Made by a program: the position numbers and the translations under genes | NCBI GenBank assembly: GCA_023386135.1 | Contig: JAEWKG010000019.1 | Coordinates: forward strand, 1 to 35,979 | Direction: 5' to 3' | Source: Pseudomonadota bacterium | GTDB lineage: Bacteria; Pseudomonadota; Alphaproteobacteria; Sphingomonadales; Sphingomonadaceae | DNA length: 35,979 nt | Notes under the pieces: model-generated | What the model saw: the letters and a program-made list of their open reading frames with translations, nothing else | What the model was told of the DNA's origin: nothing | Databases searched by the model: none | Shown here: in pieces, positions 1 through 9,098 of the stretch | Numbering within the stretch: the stretch's first letter is position 1 | How the letters are laid out: every line of letters begins with the position of its first letter

Positions 1-1275
1 CCCCCGCGGGGCGCGCACGACGCCTTCGTTCGGCACGCGCGGTTCGTCGAGGCGAACCTCAAGCGCAATTATACGGCGAATTTCGTCCACGGCGTGCTGG
101 GGATGACCGGCTTCCGCCTGATCTACGCGCCGACCATCATTCCGGCTTACCTGCTCGCCATCACCGGAAGCCCCGCTGCAGTCGGGCTCGGCACAGCGCT
201 TCTCCAGCTTGGCGCCACCGTCTCGCCGATCCTGTCGGGCGCGCTGATCGAGCATCGCACCCACATCCTGCCCTATTCGATCCGCGTCGGATCGATGATG
301 CGCGTCGCCATTCTCGGCCTCGCGCTCGCCGGATGGTTCCTCACTGGCCACGTGCTGGTGATCGTCACCCTCGCGCTGTTCCTGTTCCTGGGCTTCTTCA
401 ACGGGGCGCAGCGGGTCGCCTTCCAGATGGTGATGGCCAAGGTCATCCCGATCAGCCGGCGCGGGCGGCTGCAGGGCTACCGCAACCTGGCGGGCGGCCT
501 GATCGCCGCGGTGCTGGCGTGGGTCGCGGGCAAGTACTTCATAGCCGATCACTGGCTGGGCAACGGCTATTCGACCACCTTCCTGTTTGCCTTCGCGCTC
601 ACCAGCGCGGGCCTCCTGGTGCTGCAGTTCCTGATCCGCGAGCCCCCCGCCCCCGCCTCGCGCCCGGTCATTCCCTTGCGCGAGCGCGTCCGCCAGTTTC
701 CGCAGCTGCTGGAGGATCGCGACTTCGCGCGCTTCATCGGCTCGCAGGCCTGCGCCACCGCGATCCGCATCGGCGGCCCGTTCTGGACCGTCTACGCCGG
801 CCAGCGCCTGGGCATGAGCGGCGCGCTGATCGGCGGCCTCAGCTTCGCGTTCCTCGGCGCAGACACGCTGTCGAACCTCCTGTGGGGACCGATGGGCGAC
901 CGCCTGGGCTTCCGCATCGTCTACATCCTATCGCTTGCGCTCGCAGCCGCTGGGGTCGTGTTGCTGATGGCGGCGGACGGCGCGTTGCCGATCTACATCG
1001 CCTTCGTGCTGCTCGGCACAGGCGGCTCCGGCTGGATGCTCGCCGCGACCACCATGGTGCTCGAATTCGGCGCGCATGAGGACATTCCCATGCGACTTGC
1101 CTTCGTTACGACGGCGGAGGGTGCGGTCGCAGCGATCGGTCCTGTCCTCGCCGGCCTGCTGGTGGCAGCCGCGGGGTTCGAGCCGCTATTTGCGCTGGTG
1201 CTCGGCGGCATCGCGATTGCCCTCGCGGTCATGCTCTTCGCGGTGCGCGAACCCCGCCGGAGAGCCTCCGTTTAG
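1..1275 (+). CDS. MFS transporter (5'-truncated by window edge)
   Basis: Frame is open from base 1 (PPRGAHDAFVRHARFVEANLKRN...), so the true start lies upstream. About 12 hydrophobic segments, motif A-like GPMGDRLGFR, stop TAG at 1273-1275. Confidence 0.85.
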   Translation, partial: PPRGAHDAFVRHARFVEANLKRNYTANFVHGVLGMTGFRLIYAPTIIPAYLLAITGSPAAVGLGTALLQLGATVSPILSGALIEHRTHILPYSIRVGSMMRVAILGLALAGWFLTGHVLVIVTLALFLFLGFFNGAQRVAFQMVMAKVIPISRRGRLQGYRNLAGGLIAAVLAWVAGKYFIADHWLGNGYSTTFLFAFALTSAGLLVLQFLIREPPAPASRPVIPLRERVRQFPQLLEDRDFARFIGSQACATAIRIGGPFWTVYAGQRLGMSGALIGGLSFAFLGADTLSNLLWGPMGDRLGFRIVYILSLALAAAGVVLLMAADGALPIYIAFVLLGTGGSGWMLAATTMVLEFGAHEDIPMRLAFVTTAEGAVAAIGPVLAGLLVAAAGFEPLFALVLGGIAIALAVMLFAVREPRRRASV

Positions 1276-1354
1276 AGCTGCGGTTTGGCGTTGCCAAGAT
1301 TCCGCACCCGCCTGTGAAAAGCTGATTACCCTACGGAAATCGGTCGATTGTTGC

Positions 1355-1383
1355 TTGACATCGCTCCTTCGCTGCCTTTCAAT
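1355..1383 (+). promoter_or_regulatory. Putative sigma70 promoter of the TonB-dependent receptor
   Basis: Perfect TTGACA (1355-1360), 17-nt spacer, TTCAAT (1378-1383). The -10 is imperfect. Confidence 0.45.
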
Positions 1384-1448
1384 TTCGAGAAACGGGTATC
1401 CGCCGGAAGGTTAGGATTTCAATAGCCCGAAAGTAAGGGGAGAGAGTG

Positions 1449-4400
1449 ATGACCAAGTCGAACTTGCGCCGTTCGTGTGCCTGCGCCGCGCTCGCCGTGG
1501 GGCTGTTTTCCAGCAACGCCGCATTTGCGCAGACGGCCCCCGGTACCGATGCCGCGGTCAATGCGGAAGAGGCGCAGGCGCCCGACACCGGCACCTCGGC
1601 CCCTGAAATCGTCGTCACGGGTACTCTCATCCGCGGATCGAGCGAGTCCGCCCCTGCGCCTGTCGACGTGATCGGCGCGGAAGAGCTCGCCAAGCAGGGC
1701 AGCCCCAGCGTGCTCGAGCTGATCAAGCAGCTGCCGACCTCCAACGGCGTGATCGGCGATGCGAACCAGTTCGACGCCCGCGCCCAGGGCAACGAAGGCG
1801 TCGCGTCGGTTAACCTGCGCGGCCTCGGCCCGCAGCGCACGCTCGTGCTCTTCAACGGCAAGCGTATCGTCCAATCAGGCGGCAGCGGCATTCCGATCGT
1901 CGATGTCAACATGATCCCCGGTGCCGCGATCGGCCGCATCGAGGTGTTGAAGGACGGCGCGGCCGCGACGTACGGTTCGGACGCGATTGCCGGCGTGGTC
2001 AACTTCATCACCAAGACCCAGCAGGAAGGCTTCCTCGCCTCGGGCGACTACCGCTACATCCCGGGTTCCAAGGGCGACTACGGCGGCGCGCTGAGCTTCG
2101 GCCACGATCAGGACGGCTTCCGCGTCTTCATCTCGGCCGGGTACCAGCATCGCTCCGAACTGCGCACGACCGACCGCGCGTTCACCGTCCAGCCGTACGA
2201 GAACAATCCCCAAGGCGGATACACGGGCGGCGGCAATCCGGGTAACTTCGACTTCAACGGCCCGTTCGTGGGCGGCAACGTGTTCTCCGCCGACCTCGGC
2301 TGTACGGCGCTGGGCGGCTTCCGCAGCGTGACCGGATCGACGACCGACCGGTGCTTCAACAATTACGGCCAGTTCGACAACCTGGTGGAGCCGGAAAACC
2401 GCTTCCAGGTGTTCATGGACACCGAGTTCGACGTCACCGACAAGCTCACCCTGCGCCTCAACGCGCTGTGGGGCCACAGCAAGACCCGCATCACGACTTC
2501 GCCGAGCTACCTGCCCACGCTGCCGCCTTCGGCCAACGCGGCGGGCCTGTTCGTCATTCCGGGCACCAGCACGCCGGTCACCAGCCTGTTCTCCATTCCC
2601 TCGTACGCACCGGCGCTGAAGGATTATTGCCGGGTCTACGGCGCTGCGGCGGGCTGTTTGACCGACGCTGGCGGCAATCCGCTCCAAGGCGCCTCGGCAT
2701 TCCCGGTGCTGTTCCGCCCTGCCCTGCTCGGCGGCAACCCGACCTTCCTTGACGACAACGATCGCGGCTCGGCGCACAGCCCGCGCGTATCCGATGAAAT
2801 GTTCGTCAGCGCCGAAGCGCGTTACGCGCTGACCGACGACCTCGACCTCACCGGCTCGATTACCTACAGCGAGTACGACCGCCGCTTCGCCGGCACCGAT
2901 ACCTTGGGCGATCTGCTGCAGAACGCCCTTGCCGGTTTCGGCGGTCCGAACTGCCCCTACGCCTCGACCGCTTCGCGCGCGGGGCTGACGCAGGCTCAGC
3001 TGGCGGCGCTCGCAGGCACCAACGGATGTACTTTCTACAACCCCTTCTCGACCGCGGTCGCGGTCAACCCTGTGACCGGGCAGGTCAATCCGAACTACGC
3101 CGGCAGCCGTTCGACCAATGGGCTGTCAACCGCGCCGGGTGCGGGCCTCATCAACGATGTCGCCACCGTCGACACCTTCTTCCGCCAGGACCTGCGCACC
3201 CGTGCGGTCACCACGCAGTGGGTCGGCGACCTGGTGCTGTCAGGCAAGACCGGCATCACCCTGCCGGGCGGCGACGTCGGCTTCGCGATCGGCGGGCAAT
3301 ACCGAAAGAACGACTACATCCGCAGCTACTCGGCGATCAGCAACCTCGACTTCACACCGTGCCCGGGCACTCCGCTCAACCCGGCCGCGACCTGCAACCC
3401 GCAGACCGGCGCGGCGGGCTTCCTCGGCACCAACCGCAACGGCCGGACCGGCGGCGACGTGTGGGCGGCCTTTGCCGAGCTCCAGCTGCCGATCACCGAC
3501 GCGATCGATGCCCAGCTGGCGGTGCGCTACGAAGACTATGGCGGCGCGGTCGGCTCCACGCTCAATCCGCAGGGACGCGTTAAGATCCAACTGACGCCGT
3601 GGCTGGCCCTGCGCGGCGGTGCCGGCACCACCTTCCGCGGCCCGCCGCCGCAGAGCCTGGCCGGCAACCTGACCTCGCTGCAGGTGATCGGCACCTCGTT
3701 CCGTGCAGTCGACATCAGCGGCAACCCCAACCTCGATCCCGAAAAGGCGACCACCTACAGTGCGGGCGTGCTGCTGGACTCCGGCATGTTCCGGGCGAGC
3801 CTCGATTACTTCCGTTACGACTTCAAAGGACCGATCGAGGCCGAACCGCTGGCGGGCATTCTCGCCGCCATGTTCGGCAGCACGGGCGCGGCGAATTGCG
3901 GCAATTCCGCCTATGCCGGGCTGCAGGCGCGGTTCACCTTCACCGCCGCGGGTTGCAATATCGCCAACGTGACGCGCGTGCACCTGCAGGCGATCAACTC
4001 GGCGAACGTCTCGACCTCGGGCATCGACTTCACCGCCTCGGTGCGGCCGGACCTCGGGGGCAATTTCGGGATCGAGGCGGGCGTGAACGGCACGTACGTC
4101 ATCGACTACAAGACCGACGACATCACCGTCGAAGGCGTGCTGGTGCAGCCGAAGTTCGACGCGGTCGGACTGCTCAACTTCCAGACCTCGGCCTATCCGC
4201 TGCCGCAGTGGAAGGGCTTCGCCTACTTGCAGGGTGAAGCCGGGCCGCATTCACTGCGCCTGCAGTACAACTACATCGACGGCTACACCGACCAGCGCAC
4301 GGCCATCTTCACCGGTACCAATAACGCCGGCTCGCTGGCCGGCGCGGCGGTCACCGCGGGCAAGCAGATCGGCAAGTTCGATACGTTCGATGTCACCTAT

Positions 4401-4559
4401 CGCCTCAACCTTGAGTCCACCGGCACGACCTTCTCGCTGTCGGCGCTCAACATCTTCGACAAGGACCCGCCGTTCGCGCGGCTGGACTTCAACTACGATC
4501 CGTTCACCGCGAGCCCGCTGGGCTTCACGCTGAAGGCGGCGGTCAGCCAAGCCTTCTGA
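1449..4559 (+). CDS. TonB-dependent outer-membrane receptor
   Basis: Signal peptide ending AFA-Q, TonB box EIVVTGT, plug motifs NLRGLG..RTLVLFNGKR and RIEVLKDGAAATYGSDAIAGVVNFIT, NPNLDPEKA, C-terminal Phe. Purine-rich RBS before ATG 1449 (alternative GTG 1446). Confidence 0.95.
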   Translation: MTKSNLRRSCACAALAVGLFSSNAAFAQTAPGTDAAVNAEEAQAPDTGTSAPEIVVTGTLIRGSSESAPAPVDVIGAEELAKQGSPSVLELIKQLPTSNGVIGDANQFDARAQGNEGVASVNLRGLGPQRTLVLFNGKRIVQSGGSGIPIVDVNMIPGAAIGRIEVLKDGAAATYGSDAIAGVVNFITKTQQEGFLASGDYRYIPGSKGDYGGALSFGHDQDGFRVFISAGYQHRSELRTTDRAFTVQPYENNPQGGYTGGGNPGNFDFNGPFVGGNVFSADLGCTALGGFRSVTGSTTDRCFNNYGQFDNLVEPENRFQVFMDTEFDVTDKLTLRLNALWGHSKTRITTSPSYLPTLPPSANAAGLFVIPGTSTPVTSLFSIPSYAPALKDYCRVYGAAAGCLTDAGGNPLQGASAFPVLFRPALLGGNPTFLDDNDRGSAHSPRVSDEMFVSAEARYALTDDLDLTGSITYSEYDRRFAGTDTLGDLLQNALAGFGGPNCPYASTASRAGLTQAQLAALAGTNGCTFYNPFSTAVAVNPVTGQVNPNYAGSRSTNGLSTAPGAGLINDVATVDTFFRQDLRTRAVTTQWVGDLVLSGKTGITLPGGDVGFAIGGQYRKNDYIRSYSAISNLDFTPCPGTPLNPAATCNPQTGAAGFLGTNRNGRTGGDVWAAFAELQLPITDAIDAQLAVRYEDYGGAVGSTLNPQGRVKIQLTPWLALRGGAGTTFRGPPPQSLAGNLTSLQVIGTSFRAVDISGNPNLDPEKATTYSAGVLLDSGMFRASLDYFRYDFKGPIEAEPLAGILAAMFGSTGAANCGNSAYAGLQARFTFTAAGCNIANVTRVHLQAINSANVSTSGIDFTASVRPDLGGNFGIEAGVNGTYVIDYKTDDITVEGVLVQPKFDAVGLLNFQTSAYPLPQWKGFAYLQGEAGPHSLRLQYNYIDGYTDQRTAIFTGTNNAGSLAGAAVTAGKQIGKFDTFDVTYRLNLESTGTTFSLSALNIFDKDPPFARLDFNYDPFTASPLGFTLKAAVSQAF

Positions 4560-4581
4560 TCGGAGCGCTTCGGAGGGAGAG

Positions 4582-4618
4582 AGGGCCGGGCACCGCGAGG
4601 TGTCCGGCCCTTTCATTT
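4582..4618 (+). terminator. Intrinsic terminator after the TBDR, between convergent genes
   Basis: AGGGCCGGGCACC-GCGA-GGTGTCCGGCCCT, a 13-bp stem with one G-U pair and a GNRA loop, followed by TTCATTT. Confidence 0.8.
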
Positions 4619-4663
4619 GCGACTGAACACCACGGGGTGTCCGGACGCTTCGCTTTGGCGCCT

Positions 4664-5905
4664 TCAGCCGACCTCAGGCGGATCGGTCAGCACGCCCGCG
4701 CACAGCGTCCAGGCGTAGAGCTTGACCGCCAGCGCCGGATCGGGCTGGCGCGCGGCCCACACGCGCGCTTCATAAGCAGCGTTGAGCGCGGGCATGATCA
4801 CCTGGCTCGCGACCAGCGGATCGACCGCGCGGACCGAGCCGTCGGCGATCCCATCGGACAGCATCCCCGCAAAGCGGTTGGCGAGGCGATTGGAACGCAC
4901 CACCACGCTGCCCCGCTCGCCCGCCGGAAGTGCTTGCAACGCAGTCGTGCGCAACAGCGGCATCGGATCGCGGAACTGAAGGTCGATCAGCTCGGCGAGC
5001 GCGCTGGCGATGCGGCTCCACCAATCGCCCTCCATCCCGCCCGCCGCTAGTTGCACCGCCGAGAGCCGGTCGTAGCTGCGCTCGAAACATTCGAAGACGA
5101 GATCGTCCTTGGCGCTGTGGTGGTGGTAGAAGCTGCCCTTGGTGACATTAAGCGCGGCGGCGATGCGGTTGACCGAGGCCCCGCGGTATCCCCGCTGGTT
5201 GATCATCACCGTGGCCGAGCGCAGGAATGCGTCCGCCCCCTCGTCCGCAGTTCGCCAGCCGCCGCTGTCGAGCCCGTGCGGCGCCCAGCCGCAGCCTTGC
5301 CCCGCCAGCCCGAGCGCGAAGATGTCGACCAGCCGCGCTTCCAGCCGATCGAAGTCGCGGGTCGAATACCGCAGCGACCACACCGGCCACCAGAACATCG
5401 CTTCGAGCAGAATATGTGCCCGCGCGGTGTCGAGCGAGCGGCGCAGCCCGTCGCGCCCCTCGCCGAAGAAGCCGCGCACGTGATCGACCACCCGCGCATA
5501 CTGCGCCAGCAGCGGTGCCTGCGCCGCTTCGTCGAGGGTGCGGATTTCGCTGAGCGCGGTGATCAGGCCGCGCTCGCCGTCGCGGATGCGCTGGCGCAGG
5601 CCGACATGCGCGGATACGAACGCGCGCACCCGCTCGGCCGGCGACGGCTGCTTGGCAGCCTCGCGCGCCGCTTCCTCCAGCCAGTCGAGGGTCGCTTCGT
5701 AGACCGCGACGACCAGCTTGTCCTTGCGGTCGAAGTAATAGGTGATGCTGGTCGCGTTGAGCCCGACCGATCGGGCCAACTCGGCAAATGTGGTGCCCTT
5801 GACCCCGAGCTCGTTGATCAGCGCCGAGGCGGCGTGGATGACGTCCATCCGCCGCCGCTCGAAGCGCTCGGTCTCCCCCGCCTTGATTTGGGTCTCCTCG
5901 CCCAT
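4664..5905 (-). CDS. TetR/AcrR-family regulator with two tandem TetR units
   Basis: Two HTH signatures: GVKGTTFAELARSVGLNATSITYYFDRKDKL and GYRGASVNRIAAALNVTKGSFYHHHSAKDDL. ATG at 5905 lies 7 nt after the CoA-ligase stop. Confidence 0.9.
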   Translation of the reverse strand: MGEETQIKAGETERFERRRMDVIHAASALINELGVKGTTFAELARSVGLNATSITYYFDRKDKLVVAVYEATLDWLEEAAREAAKQPSPAERVRAFVSAHVGLRQRIRDGERGLITALSEIRTLDEAAQAPLLAQYARVVDHVRGFFGEGRDGLRRSLDTARAHILLEAMFWWPVWSLRYSTRDFDRLEARLVDIFALGLAGQGCGWAPHGLDSGGWRTADEGADAFLRSATVMINQRGYRGASVNRIAAALNVTKGSFYHHHSAKDDLVFECFERSYDRLSAVQLAAGGMEGDWWSRIASALAELIDLQFRDPMPLLRTTALQALPAGERGSVVVRSNRLANRFAGMLSDGIADGSVRAVDPLVASQVIMPALNAAYEARVWAARQPDPALAVKLYAWTLCAGVLTDPPEVG

Positions 5906-5912
5906 CGCCAAG

Positions 5913-7682
5913 CTATAGCGTCGCGGTTTCGGTTTCGAACAGCGATTTCAGGTCCTTCTTCAATATCTTGCCGTTGGCGTTGCGCGGCAGGGTTTCCGCG
6001 GAGAACAGGATCCGCACCGGCACCTTGAACTTGGCCAGCCGCTCGGCGACCCAGGCCTTGAGTTCTGCCTCGCTAGCGGACGTGCCGGGCGCGAGGTGGA
6101 CCACCGCCGCGGGTTCCTCGCCCAATTGCGGGTGCGGGATGCCGACCAGCGCCGCGTCGGTCACTGCGGGGTGATCGTAGAGCACGTTCTCGACTTCGGA
6201 CGAATAGATGTTCTCGCCGCCGCGCAGGATCATGTCCTTGGCGCGGTCGACGATGTAGCAATATCCCTCCTCGTCGAGCCGGGCGAGGTCGCCGGTGCGC
6301 ACCCAGCCGTCGATGAAGGTCTCCGCGGTCGCCTCGGGCTTGTTCCAGTAGCCCTTCACCACCATCGGGCCGCGCGCGTAAAGCTCGCCCACTTCGCCGG
6401 CGGGCAGCTCGCGCGTGCCCTCCTCGTCCATGATCTTGAGGTCGGCGACCGCGACCGGCGGGCCGCAGCTGGTCGGGCGGTTGAGGTAGTCCTCGCTCGA
6501 GATGCCGGTGACGGTCGCCATCGTCTCGGTCATGCCCCAGCCGTTGCCGGGGAGCGCGCCGAACTCGTCGCGGATCTTGCGCACCAGTTCGGGCGCCGAG
6601 GGCGCGCCGCCATAGGCGATCGCCTCGAGGCTGGAGAGGTCGTAGTTCTTGCGGTTGGGGTGTTCGAGCAGCTGCCACGCGATCGTCGGCACGCCGCCGG
6701 TCGCATTGACCTTCTCGCGCTCGATGATCTGCATCGCCTCTTCGGCTTCCCACCGGCGCATGAAGATCGTCTTGGAGCCGCTCGCGACCAGCCCCATCAG
6801 GCCTGCGGAACACGCGGTGACGTGGAACAGCGGGATCACGGTCAGCATCGTGCGCGGCTGGGGTTCGGGTATTTCCTCACCCCGCCGCAGAATGGCCACC
6901 GCTGCGCCGTAGCCGCTGGAGAAGATGTTGGTCACCAGGTTGCGGTGCGTGCCGAGCGCGCCCTTCGGCTTGCCCGTGGTGCCGCTGGTGTAGAAGATCG
7001 TCGCGTCGTCGTCGGACGCAATTTCGACCGCCGGGATGTCGGCGTCGGGCAGGTCCTTCCACGTCGCCGAAGTCCCGATCATCTCCTCCAGCCGCGCCAC
7101 GGGCGGCGCCAGGTCACCCAAGCAGCGCGCGACGAACACGTGTTGCAGCGACGGAATGTCCGCGGTGTGCGGGGAAATCCGGTCCCACCGCTCGGCATCG
7201 GCGATCAGCACAGTGGTGCCCGAATCCGCGAGGCCGTAGGCCATCTCGCCGCCGGTCCACCACGCGTTGAGCGGAACGCAGATCGCGCCGATGGTGACGC
7301 AGGCGAAGAAAGCGACCGGCCATTCGGGCAGGTTGCGCATTGCCAGCGCGACCCGATCGCCCTTCTTCACGCCGTTCGCCTGGAGCACCTGGGCGAGCTT
7401 TGCGACCGCGCGGTGGAAGGCGGAAAACGTGATGCGCTCATCTTCGTAGATGACGAATTCGCGGTCGCCGTACGTGCGAGCCAAAGCCATCAGCGCACGC
7501 AGGTTTTCGGGCGCGTTCTTCCACGTCCGCGTCGGAATCCCGCGGATGTCGACCGTCGCCATCTCGAAGCGCTCGCCCGGCGCGGTCAGGCGCGCTTTGA
7601 TCTCGTCACGAGTCGCCGCGGGCCAGCCGGCGGGCGGAGTCCAGCCGAGCACCTCGGCCAGGTTGCTATCAGGCATCTGCAT
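5913..7682 (-). CDS. Long-chain-fatty-acid--CoA ligase (class I adenylate-forming enzyme)
   Basis: YTSGTTGKPKG, GWGMTE, RTGD and NGKILK adenylation motifs. Start is 7682 or 7676. Confidence 0.92.
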   Translation of the reverse strand: MQMPDSNLAEVLGWTPPAGWPAATRDEIKARLTAPGERFEMATVDIRGIPTRTWKNAPENLRALMALARTYGDREFVIYEDERITFSAFHRAVAKLAQVLQANGVKKGDRVALAMRNLPEWPVAFFACVTIGAICVPLNAWWTGGEMAYGLADSGTTVLIADAERWDRISPHTADIPSLQHVFVARCLGDLAPPVARLEEMIGTSATWKDLPDADIPAVEIASDDDATIFYTSGTTGKPKGALGTHRNLVTNIFSSGYGAAVAILRRGEEIPEPQPRTMLTVIPLFHVTACSAGLMGLVASGSKTIFMRRWEAEEAMQIIEREKVNATGGVPTIAWQLLEHPNRKNYDLSSLEAIAYGGAPSAPELVRKIRDEFGALPGNGWGMTETMATVTGISSEDYLNRPTSCGPPVAVADLKIMDEEGTRELPAGEVGELYARGPMVVKGYWNKPEATAETFIDGWVRTGDLARLDEEGYCYIVDRAKDMILRGGENIYSSEVENVLYDHPAVTDAALVGIPHPQLGEEPAAVVHLAPGTSASEAELKAWVAERLAKFKVPVRILFSAETLPRNANGKILKKDLKSLFETETATL

Positions 7683-7706
7683 CCCTTACGTGTTCTCTTT
7701 GCGCGA

Positions 7707-7736
7707 AGTGTATGGCCATTCACACACCCTTCGCAA
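7707..7736 (-). promoter_or_regulatory. Putative sigma70 promoter of the CoA ligase-TetR operon
   Basis: Minus strand reads TTGCGA-N18-TACACT about 25 nt upstream of the start codon. Confidence 0.4.
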
Positions 7737-7849
7737 GCGCCCATTCCAAATGCTGGTATGGCAGCGGATAGCGGAGAGTGTTTGCCCCCGCCCGAAAGCT
7801 GGGTATGGCTTCGGGCAAGACGCGCAGCGGCGCCTCGCGGGAGAGAATC

Positions 7850-9088
7850 ATGCTGGATACGACTGCCTCGGCAGCGCTGGGTTTCGATCAGGATCGTCTC
7901 GACCGGATCGCGCCGTTCCTCAAGGCCGCCTACCTCGACAGCGGACGCCTGCCGATGATGCAGCTGTCGGTCGCGCGCGACGGACAGACGGCTTACCGCA
8001 CGCAGATGGGCACGATGGGCGAAGGGCGCGAGGCGGTGCGAGACGACGCCCTCTTCCGCATCGCCAGCATGACCAAGCCGATCACCTCGATCGCGTTCAT
8101 GCAGCTGGTCGAACAATGCAAGGTCGCGCTGGAAGAGCCGGTGACCAAGGTCTTCCCCGAGTTCGCCAAGCTGGAGATCTTCGCCGGCGGCGGCAGCCCG
8201 CAAGTGCCGTTCTATCCCGGCAAGGCCGCGGGTCCGATGCGCTTCGTCGATCTGATGACCCACATGTCGGGGCTCAGCTACGGCCTGCAGCAGCGCACCA
8301 ACGTCGACGCCGCTTACCGCGAGAACAACCTCGACATGGCCCGCGCGCACCTCGAAAGCGACGAGTACATCGCGCGCCTCGCCAAGGTCCCGCTCGAATT
8401 CAATCCCGGCGAACGGTGGAATTACTCGGTCTCGACCGACGTGCTGGGTGTTGCCGTGGAGCGCATTTCCGGCATGCGGCTGGGCGACTATTTCGAGCAG
8501 CACATCTTCGCCCCGCTCGGAATGACCGACACCCGTTTCGGGGTCGCCGAAGGCCAGCAGGACCGGCTGGTCGATGCCTACCAGTACATCCCCGGCAAGC
8601 CCGCGAAGATGATCGACGCCGGCAAGACCAGCAATCTCCACCGCCCGGGCAAGTTCGACAGCGGCGGCGGCGGCCTCGTCGGCACGATCGCCGACTACGA
8701 GAAGTTCACCGCCATGCTGGTCGGCCGCGGCGAGCTCGACGGGGTGCGCATCGTCAGCCCCAAGACATTGGACCTGATGACCGCCAACCACCTGCCGGGC
8801 AATCAGGACCTCACCCAGCTCAGCCAGTCGCTGTTCTCGGAAAGCCAGAACGCGGGCGTCGGCTTCGGGCTCGGATTCGCCTGCATCATCGATCCCGCCA
8901 AGACGCTGATGCCGGCGAGCAAGGGCGAATTCTACTGGGGCGGCGCCTATTCAACCGCGTTCTTCGTCGATCCGCTCGAAGGCATCACGATGGTGTTCAT
9001 GACGCAGGTCTATCCCTCGAGTGCCTATCCGATCCGCCGCCAATTGAAGACAATGATCTATTCGGCGCTCGCCGACAGTCGCGCCTGA
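7850..9088 (+). CDS. Serine hydrolase, beta-lactamase-related (family VIII esterase-like)
   Basis: SxxK in FRIASMTKP, LMTHMSG, PGERWNYS, C-terminal WGG. GGGAGAG RBS before ATG 7850. No signal peptide. Confidence 0.9.
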   Translation: MLDTTASAALGFDQDRLDRIAPFLKAAYLDSGRLPMMQLSVARDGQTAYRTQMGTMGEGREAVRDDALFRIASMTKPITSIAFMQLVEQCKVALEEPVTKVFPEFAKLEIFAGGGSPQVPFYPGKAAGPMRFVDLMTHMSGLSYGLQQRTNVDAAYRENNLDMARAHLESDEYIARLAKVPLEFNPGERWNYSVSTDVLGVAVERISGMRLGDYFEQHIFAPLGMTDTRFGVAEGQQDRLVDAYQYIPGKPAKMIDAGKTSNLHRPGKFDSGGGGLVGTIADYEKFTAMLVGRGELDGVRIVSPKTLDLMTANHLPGNQDLTQLSQSLFSESQNAGVGFGLGFACIIDPAKTLMPASKGEFYWGGAYSTAFFVDPLEGITMVFMTQVYPSSAYPIRRQLKTMIYSALADSRA

Positions 9089-9098
9089 GGAGCCGCAA

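Noticed and set aside
7710..7809. GTATGGC repeated three times at 46-47 nt spacing (7710, 7756, 7803) in the divergent intergenic region, resembling a mini-array or iterons
   Set aside because: Only 7 nt with three copies. Two coincide with plausible -10 elements of the divergent promoters, and the same word occurs in the aspS-rnd gap. It is not CRISPR-like.
6096..7958. Long antisense or alternative-frame ORFs (e.g. 6096-7958, 12771-14264, 15468-17213, 25434-27068, 28561-30699, 33890-35722)
   Set aside because: They shadow well-supported genes, have Arg/Ala/Gly-rich composition and no motifs. They are expected from high-GC codon bias.
7850..9088. Beta-lactam resistance gene
   Set aside because: No signal peptide, WGG instead of KTG, and a lipid-catabolic context indicate a family VIII esterase.
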